Assembly: GCA_015058045.1 (NCBI GenBank)
Contig: SVDC01000017.1
Location: 1,327-65,326, forward strand
Source: Cellulosilyticum sp.
GTDB taxonomy: Bacteria; Bacillota; Clostridia; Lachnospirales; Cellulosilyticaceae
DNA: 64,000 nt
Reading direction: 5' to 3'
A program made the translations under genes and the position numbers. Of the stretch, positions 57,597 to 64,000 are shown one piece after another. Below the pieces are notes generated by a model that was not told where the DNA came from, made no database searches, and saw only the letters and a list, made by a program, of their open reading frames with translations. How positions within the stretch are numbered: position 1 is the first letter of the stretch; the number at the start of each line of letters is the position of its first letter.

Positions 57597-59327
57597 ATGA
57601 ATAAAAAGCATAAGCAAATGAGTGCACTTTTAATGGCATGCGCAATGGTTGTTTCAATGACAGCATGTGGTAATAGTCAAGAGAAAACTAATACTAGCAC
57701 TGATTCAAACACAACAGAAAAAGTAGAGACATCAGAAGGTGAAGTAGCAGAAGCTGTGGCAGTTGTTGAAGGAGACACACCAGCTGAAAAAGCTAAGATT
57801 GAAGATACAGGTGAGATTGTACCTGGCTGGCAACAAAATGCAGACGATAAAGTTAAATTAAGTTGGTATATGCACTTCTCATGGTTTAATACACCTTGGG
57901 GTGAAAACTTAGTTTCTAAAACAATTACTGAAGAAACGGGTGTAGACATTGAGTTTATCATACCAGCAGGTAATGAGGCTGAAAAATTAAACTCTCTTAT
58001 TGCATCTGATACGCTACCAGACTTAATCACACTTGGATTCTATGAACAACAAGTAAATCAGATGATTGATGCAGGACTTGTATATCCACTAGATGAATTA
58101 GCTGATCAATATGATCCATACTGGTATGCCGTAGCAGCACCAGAAAAAGTAGGTTGGTATACACAAAGTGACGGACATATTTATGGCTATCCTAACTCTT
58201 CATATACTGCCGCAGATAATGAAAAATATGATAATATTTCTTCTAACCAAACATTCCTTGTAAGAAAAGATATTTATGAAGCAATTGGTAGTCCAGATAT
58301 GTCAACACCAGAAGGATTTAAAGCTGCTGTAAAAGCTGCTGCTGAAAAATACCCAACTATAAATGATCAACCACTTATTCCAATTGGTGCGCATGAATTT
58401 ACTTCAATTGGTTGTACATCATTTGACGACTACTTATGTAATTTCTTAGCAATCCCTTATGAAAAAGATGGTAAGTTCCATGACCGTTATACAGATCCAG
58501 AATTAGTAACTTGGTTAAAAACATTTAGGGAATTAGGACAAGAGGGTTACTTGGCAGATGATATTTTCATTGACAAACGTGCACAAATGTCTGAGAAAAT
58601 AGCACAAGGCCGTTACTTCTGTATGCTTTTCCAATACACAGATTTAGCTAACGAAGAAAAAATCCTTTATGATAACGATCCAAACAGTATATATATTGCT
58701 GTAGATGGTCCAAAGAACTCAAAAGGTGATGATCATACATTACCTAACTCTGGTATTAGTGGATGGACAGTTACAATGATTTCTAAAAATTGTGAGCGTC
58801 CAGATAGAGCAATTCAACTTTGCTCATACTTAATGAGTGAACACGGACAACATATGACATGGTTAGGTGTTGAAGGTGAGACTTGGGATTATGTAGATGG
58901 TGTACCTACAATGAAACCAGAAATTAAAGAATTACTTCAAAATGACCGTACGGCATACGATAAGCAATATGGTGCAGATTCATGTTACTGGATGTTCCAA
59001 GATAATGCAATGGCACTTTCTTGGGCAGAACCAAAGCCAGAACCAATGGGACAGTTAGAAAGATGGTCTTATCCATATGTAATCTCTACTTCTGAATATA
59101 ATATGACACTTGAGGCAGATACTGAAGAAAGTGATATTAAAAATAAGATTAATAATGAATGGGGTATTGTCCTTCCAAAATTACTTTTAGCTCCATCAGA
59201 AGAAGAATTTGACCAAATCTGGAATGATTTTATGACAAAACGTGAAGAGTGGGGTAACCAACAACTTATAGAGAAACAAACAGAGTTAATGAATGAAGCT
59301 AAAGTAAAACTTGGAATAACAGAATAA
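57597..59327 (+). CDS. Oligosaccharide ABC solute-binding lipoprotein
   Basis: Lipobox MTAC; KTITEETGVDIEF, LIASDTLPDL and ISKNCERPDRAI. Confidence 0.9.
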   Translation: MNKKHKQMSALLMACAMVVSMTACGNSQEKTNTSTDSNTTEKVETSEGEVAEAVAVVEGDTPAEKAKIEDTGEIVPGWQQNADDKVKLSWYMHFSWFNTPWGENLVSKTITEETGVDIEFIIPAGNEAEKLNSLIASDTLPDLITLGFYEQQVNQMIDAGLVYPLDELADQYDPYWYAVAAPEKVGWYTQSDGHIYGYPNSSYTAADNEKYDNISSNQTFLVRKDIYEAIGSPDMSTPEGFKAAVKAAAEKYPTINDQPLIPIGAHEFTSIGCTSFDDYLCNFLAIPYEKDGKFHDRYTDPELVTWLKTFRELGQEGYLADDIFIDKRAQMSEKIAQGRYFCMLFQYTDLANEEKILYDNDPNSIYIAVDGPKNSKGDDHTLPNSGISGWTVTMISKNCERPDRAIQLCSYLMSEHGQHMTWLGVEGETWDYVDGVPTMKPEIKELLQNDRTAYDKQYGADSCYWMFQDNAMALSWAEPKPEPMGQLERWSYPYVISTSEYNMTLEADTEESDIKNKINNEWGIVLPKLLLAPSEEEFDQIWNDFMTKREEWGNQQLIEKQTELMNEAKVKLGITE

Positions 59328-59338
59328 AACATAATGAC

Positions 59339-59376
59339 AATAGGCAATCATATTTTAAATGGTTGCCTATTGGTTT
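59339..59376 (+). terminator. Stem-loop/terminator after the binding-protein gene
   Basis: AATAGGCAATCAT-N7-ATGGTTGCCTATT. Confidence 0.65.
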
Positions 59377-59377
59377 A

Positions 59378-59407
59378 TTGTAAAAAGAAAAATAAATATG
59401 ATAAAAT
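59378..59407 (+). promoter_or_regulatory. sigmaA promoter of the two-component system
   Basis: TTGTAA-N18-TAAAAT with extended TG. Confidence 0.5.
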
Positions 59408-59480
59408 AGTTAGAAGCGTTTAACTAAAATGAAATGTTCTAATATTTTTGTGGTGATATTAAATTTGAGGCGGGATATAA

Positions 59481-61283
59481 GTGGAAGCATTAAGAAAAAG
59501 ATCTAGACAATTAAAGCTTAATCAAAAGATAACATTATTTGTTATTAGTTGCTTAGTGATTCCTATTATTATTTTCTATGTTATTATCCTACAAAACATT
59601 GAGCAATCTAGTGTAGATAATAGGATGAAAGAGCTAAAGGCATCCATGGTACAAAGTCAAAATACTATCCAAAAAAATGTAGAAATGTGCAATATGTCTA
59701 CGAAAGTATTTCTCAATAGTAAAAACTTGATGGATTATATTAGTCAAGTAAAAGAAGAAAGCGTACCTATTCAGCAGAATCTAGAGTTCTATAAAAATGA
59801 TATAGGGAATTTAGAGAAGATTGTAAATAGTAATCCATATCTACATCAAATCCGTATTTATGTAGATTCACCTTCCGTATTAGAAATGGTACCTATTCTC
59901 TATAGCTACGATAGATTAAAACGGCTATCTTGGTATGGGAATGGAGAGATTGAATCAGGGAGTTGGCAATTTGATTATAGTGATACCATATTTCCTACCT
60001 ATATATCTGAGTACCATCTTGTTTCATTAGTTACCGAAATAAGTAATTATCATCAAGGAACACTAGGGATTATAGAAGTGGCAACAAGGATGGATTTAAT
60101 GTTTCCCGATATTTATACATCAGATGAGAACCAATGGACTTGTTTTATTGATGATAAGGGACACTATTATTATGATACAGATGTTAAAGCAGAGTGGTTA
60201 CAGGAGCCAGTTAAGTTATTGGATGGGATTAAGATAGATAAAAATAAGCCGCATTATGATCGAGTACAGATAGATGGGGAGGATGTTTTAATTGCTTATC
60301 AACCCATTAAAGAATTGAATGGCCATTTATTAAAAATAGTATCTTTAAAGAATGATACCCAATATTTAAAAAGGTTGGAGGGTATTTATTTAGGGGTACT
60401 AGTAATAGGGCTATTTATACTCACCTTTTTTATTGACTATATTGTAAAAATTATCTTAAGAAGATTTTACTGTATTATGGAGACAATACATCAAGTAAAA
60501 GAAGGAGATTTACAGGTGCAAGTACCACCATGTGGTGGTGATGAAATTGGAGAATTGGGAAATCAAATTAATGAAATGTTGTCTAGAATTTCTGATTTAA
60601 TGGAGGAAGGAATCAGAGGAGAAAGACTGGTAAAAGACTCTGAAATTAGAGCATTGCAAAATCAAATCAATGCACATTTTATTTATAATGTCCTAGAATC
60701 TATCAAGATGATGGCAGAGATTAATGAAGAATATGATATTTCCGATGCACTAACCTCACTTGGAAAGCTTTTAAGATATAGTATGAAATGGGTTTCGCAT
60801 AATGTAGTGATATCTGAAGAAATAGAATACATAAAGAACTATTTAGCGCTGATTAACTTAAGATTTGATTATAATATTATTTTAAGTATTAATTTACAAG
60901 AAGAAATTTTGATTCAAGAGATTCCGAAGATGTCATTACAACCTATTGTTGAAAATGCCATCTGTCATGGGATTGAAGATTTAGCAGAAGATACAACAAT
61001 TTATATTAAGAGCTATAGAAATGTGGAATTTTGCTTCATTGAAATTACGGATTCAGGAAAAGGAATGAGTGAAGAACAGGTTACTAAGTTAAGAAAAAAA
61101 ATAGCAGGAGAGATAGAGACATCAGGAGCAGCAGGTAATGGGCTTGGACTAAAAAATGTTCAAGACCGCATTCAAATTAGCTTTGGTAAGTCATGCGGTA
61201 TTAATGTAATTTCAAAAGAAGGGTGTTATACCAAAGTAATTGTAAAGATACCGTATAAGGATAAAGTGGGTGAAAAGAGATGA
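59481..61283 (+). CDS. YesM/LytS-type sensor histidine kinase
   Basis: Two TMs, HAMP (DEIGELG), LQNQINAHFIYNVLE, LQPIVENAICHG and GLGLKNVQDRI. Confidence 0.95.
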   Translation: MEALRKRSRQLKLNQKITLFVISCLVIPIIIFYVIILQNIEQSSVDNRMKELKASMVQSQNTIQKNVEMCNMSTKVFLNSKNLMDYISQVKEESVPIQQNLEFYKNDIGNLEKIVNSNPYLHQIRIYVDSPSVLEMVPILYSYDRLKRLSWYGNGEIESGSWQFDYSDTIFPTYISEYHLVSLVTEISNYHQGTLGIIEVATRMDLMFPDIYTSDENQWTCFIDDKGHYYYDTDVKAEWLQEPVKLLDGIKIDKNKPHYDRVQIDGEDVLIAYQPIKELNGHLLKIVSLKNDTQYLKRLEGIYLGVLVIGLFILTFFIDYIVKIILRRFYCIMETIHQVKEGDLQVQVPPCGGDEIGELGNQINEMLSRISDLMEEGIRGERLVKDSEIRALQNQINAHFIYNVLESIKMMAEINEEYDISDALTSLGKLLRYSMKWVSHNVVISEEIEYIKNYLALINLRFDYNIILSINLQEEILIQEIPKMSLQPIVENAICHGIEDLAEDTTIYIKSYRNVEFCFIEITDSGKGMSEEQVTKLRKKIAGEIETSGAAGNGLGLKNVQDRIQISFGKSCGINVISKEGCYTKVIVKIPYKDKVGEKR

Positions 61284-62716
61284 ATAAGCTTTTAATAGTT
61301 GAAGATGAAAAGGTGATTCGTCAAGGTATTAAAGTAATGGTCATGCGATCAGGTGTTCCAATACATGAAATTATTGACTGTAGAAATGGGTTAGAAGCAT
61401 TAGAAATTGTAAAGAATCAAGAGATTGATGTTATGATTACCGATATACGTATGCCTAAAATGGATGGAATTACGCTTGTAAAAGAAATACAAAAAATGGC
61501 TGTAAAACCTAAGGTTATAGTGGTTAGTGGTTATGATGATTTTTCCTATGCAGTAGAACTTTTAAGAAATGGTGCAAGGGAGTATTTGTTAAAACCTGTA
61601 GAAAGAGAGAAAATCACAAGTATATTAGAAAAGCTTCAAAAAGAAATAGAAGAAGAAGAACATCAAAAGGTTAATAAAGTAAAACTAGCACGTAAACAGC
61701 TTAAATACTTTTTATTAGATAAAACAGATGATGCACCTTATGAAGTAGAAGAAGAAATGAGCTGTTTACTTGAAGAACAAAATTACTTTGTAATTTGTGT
61801 GAATTGTAAAGGCTACAAATCATTTTTGGGATCGATTGTTGATATAGAAAATATAGAGGAACAAGAAATTTTTATTATTACTGAAAATCAAAAAAGTGAA
61901 TTTATTACACAGGTACTAAAAGATGCTGTTTATGGTGAAAGTAAGCGACATAGAGGTATCAATGAATTAAGACAAGCATATAAAGAAGCTATTATGGCAA
62001 GAAAAGAAGCTTTTTTAAAGAAAAAGAAAACGACTATAGAGTGTGATCAAAATAATAAAAAAATGGATGAAGTGATTGAACGTCTTGTACAACTTATTGG
62101 AACAGATAAGGTAGAGGAGTCTATAAAAGCTATACGTATTTTTCAGTATAAGATTGAGGAGGGAAAAGTGAGTGTACAAGAATTTGAAAGTTTTGTGCAG
62201 CGCTTAATGGGTAAGATTGAAGAAACCTACCAAAATATTATTGACCGTGAAAGTGACAGTTTGAAAGACTTGAAAATCATTTACAGATTTGATAGTCAAA
62301 TTGAATACTTTGAAGCGTTAATCCAATGGCTTAAGGAATTACATGAGACAATAGAAAAAGAATTTAATGATTATAAGAACAAACAAAAAATCCAAAAAGC
62401 TATTACCTACATACATGAGAATTATAGTAAGGATTTAAATATGGCAGTTGTTTCAAATTATATTTCTATGAATTATTCGTTGTTTTCTGTAGTATTTAAA
62501 CAGTATACAGGGATGAACTTTGTGAACTATTTAAAAAAAATAAGGTTTGATGAAGCAAAAAGATTACTTACTTCAACTGATAAAAAGATTATAGAAATAA
62601 GTGAAATGATTGGCTATGAAAATGAAAAACATTTTATGAAAGTCTTTAAAAGTAATTTTGGGGTATCGCCTACTGAATATCGTAAAAATACTCAGATTGG
62701 ATGTAGAGAAAACTAA
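61280..62716 (+). CDS. YesN-type response regulator (receiver domain + AraC)
   Basis: LIVEDE, ITDIRMPKMDG, YLLKPV and C-terminal AraC HTH ending GVSPTEYRK. Confidence 0.95.
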   Translation: MNKLLIVEDEKVIRQGIKVMVMRSGVPIHEIIDCRNGLEALEIVKNQEIDVMITDIRMPKMDGITLVKEIQKMAVKPKVIVVSGYDDFSYAVELLRNGAREYLLKPVEREKITSILEKLQKEIEEEEHQKVNKVKLARKQLKYFLLDKTDDAPYEVEEEMSCLLEEQNYFVICVNCKGYKSFLGSIVDIENIEEQEIFIITENQKSEFITQVLKDAVYGESKRHRGINELRQAYKEAIMARKEAFLKKKKTTIECDQNNKKMDEVIERLVQLIGTDKVEESIKAIRIFQYKIEEGKVSVQEFESFVQRLMGKIEETYQNIIDRESDSLKDLKIIYRFDSQIEYFEALIQWLKELHETIEKEFNDYKNKQKIQKAITYIHENYSKDLNMAVVSNYISMNYSLFSVVFKQYTGMNFVNYLKKIRFDEAKRLLTSTDKKIIEISEMIGYENEKHFMKVFKSNFGVSPTEYRKNTQIGCREN

Positions 62717-62729
62717 AGGGGTAGATGCG

Positions 62730-64000
62730 ATGAATGGAAAAGTAACAAGGCAAAATAGTATAAAGACAAAATTAGTGCTTGTATTTTTGCTACCAGTAGT
62801 ATTAATGATTATATTAGGTATTATTTCATTTAATCAATCATCAACAAGTATGACCGAGACATACGAAAAGAATGCACTTATGACCCTAAACATGATGGGA
62901 ACCTATTTGGATTTGGGATTTCAGACAGTAGAAGGTAAGGGGATACAACTTAATACCAATGAAATCATCAAAAAGTATTACTCAGCAGATGATACTGAAA
63001 AAAATCATTCATCTGTGGAGCAATATAAGAATGTGCAAAATATGGTGAGTAGTGTAGTACTTAATGATAATATTATCTCTAATATATACATATTAACGGA
63101 CTCAAAAGCCGGAGTATCTGCGCATAGTTCCTTATCACCTGGTTTATATACAGAATATATGAATTCAGAAGAAGGAAAAATGTTCGTAGAATCTAACCAA
63201 AAATATATGTGGACAGGATATCATCCACATTTAGATGAGGTGCTTAAAATTGATTCAGCAGATTATGGTGCGACTTTAAACTATTACCTATATAACAATA
63301 ACAATAAAAAAGTAGGACTAATTGTGTTGGATATAAATTCTTCTTTTATAGATGAGGTCTTAGAAAAAGTTGATTTTGGACAACAAAGCATAGTAGGATT
63401 AGTAACTCAAGATGGTCGCGAAATATTGAAAGGAAGTAACACGGAAGACTTTAGTATTAAAGAAACGGAATTTGGCAAGCAGTTAATAAATGGTACCCTA
63501 TCAGAAGAAAATGGGGTTTCTTATGTAACTTATAATAATCAAAAGTATCTTTTTGTACATCAACCAGTTTCTAAAGGGGCAATGTATCTTTGGACATTAA
63601 TTCCTGAGCAAATGATCATTTCACAATCTTCAAAAATGCTAAAGATAACTGTTAGTTTTGTAATAATGGCAAGCTTAATTGGAATGATTGTAGTAGGATT
63701 CATGGTAAGAGATATAAGTAAGGCGATTTATCAGATGAATAATGTAACAAGTAGTGCGGCTGAGGGAAATCTTCGACAGGAAATAAAGCTAAAAAGAAAA
63801 GATGAATTTTACCTGTTAGGAAAGGGCATTAGCTATATGATTAGCAGTATGAGAAAGCTTATTGGTGGCATGAAAGAAGAAAGTCAAGAAGTAGCAGAGG
63901 CAGCAGCAAAAGTAGATGCAAGTACTACAAAGTTACATAGTGCAACGATGAAAATTACAGAGGTTGTAAATAATATATCAGGTATAACACAAAATCAGGC
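62730..64000 (+). CDS. Methyl-accepting chemotaxis protein, 3' end outside window
   Basis: ATG 62730 with an open frame to the window end: TM1, extracellular Cache-like region, TM2, HAMP (GNL..E...KRKDEF..LG) and the start of the signalling helices. Absent from the supplied ORF track. Confidence 0.88.
   Translation, partial: MNGKVTRQNSIKTKLVLVFLLPVVLMIILGIISFNQSSTSMTETYEKNALMTLNMMGTYLDLGFQTVEGKGIQLNTNEIIKKYYSADDTEKNHSSVEQYKNVQNMVSSVVLNDNIISNIYILTDSKAGVSAHSSLSPGLYTEYMNSEEGKMFVESNQKYMWTGYHPHLDEVLKIDSADYGATLNYYLYNNNNKKVGLIVLDINSSFIDEVLEKVDFGQQSIVGLVTQDGREILKGSNTEDFSIKETEFGKQLINGTLSEENGVSYVTYNNQKYLFVHQPVSKGAMYLWTLIPEQMIISQSSKMLKITVSFVIMASLIGMIVVGFMVRDISKAIYQMNNVTSSAAEGNLRQEIKLKRKDEFYLLGKGISYMISSMRKLIGGMKEESQEVAEAAAKVDASTTKLHSATMKITEVVNNISGITQNQ

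Noticed and set aside
1825-59347. About 40 short (60-126 aa) ORFs in the track lying antisense to, or out of frame within, long genes (e.g. 1825-2010, 9944-10258, 31999-32379, 57677-58030)
   Set aside because: They overlap well-supported genes, lack RBSs and motifs, and show the composition of shadow frames.
1-64000. CRISPR arrays, tRNA/rRNA genes, IS elements, integrases, prophage
   Set aside because: No regularly spaced direct repeats, cloverleaf or rRNA-like segments, or transposase/recombinase/phage ORFs were seen.

Overview
AT-rich window from a low-GC, probably spore-forming member of the Clostridia (Lachnospirales/Cellulosilyticum-like; this is an inference from gene content). Most genes lie on the G-rich + strand. 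No rRNA, tRNA, CRISPR array, transposase or phage gene was seen. In order, the window holds: (1) an FAD oxidase/M20 amidohydrolase/PLP aminotransferase cluster and a DUF1062-like pseudogene; (2) a TagO/MraY-like transferase, a DUF4015 glycosidase, two membrane proteins and cdaA-cdaR; (3) a ~15 kb intracellular beta-mannan/galactomannan locus (CE17-like esterase, GH36, LacI, AraC, ABC importer, two GH130 phosphorylases, mannobiose epimerase, ManA, mutarotase); (4) mixed genes, including two apparently degenerate orphans with ADP-ribosylation-related folds (DUF3990 and a class-M sirtuin), a mini-protein with an OadB motif and a P-type ATPase; (5) glmM, 24 kb away from cdaAR; (6) a GldA/F/G + DUF4340 ABC export operon; (7) a putative forespore island with DUF3892 and a candidate sigmaG-driven ~100-nt sRNA carrying an anti-Shine-Dalgarno loop; (8) rnz-tsaD-yacL...ispD; (9) a GH161 beta-1,3-glucan phosphorylase locus with a parvulin-like lipoprotein, ABC importer, YesM/YesN-type two-component system and an MCP. 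Its two promoters share a 17-bp box at identical spacing from the -10. All family assignments come from motif recognition, not from database searches.
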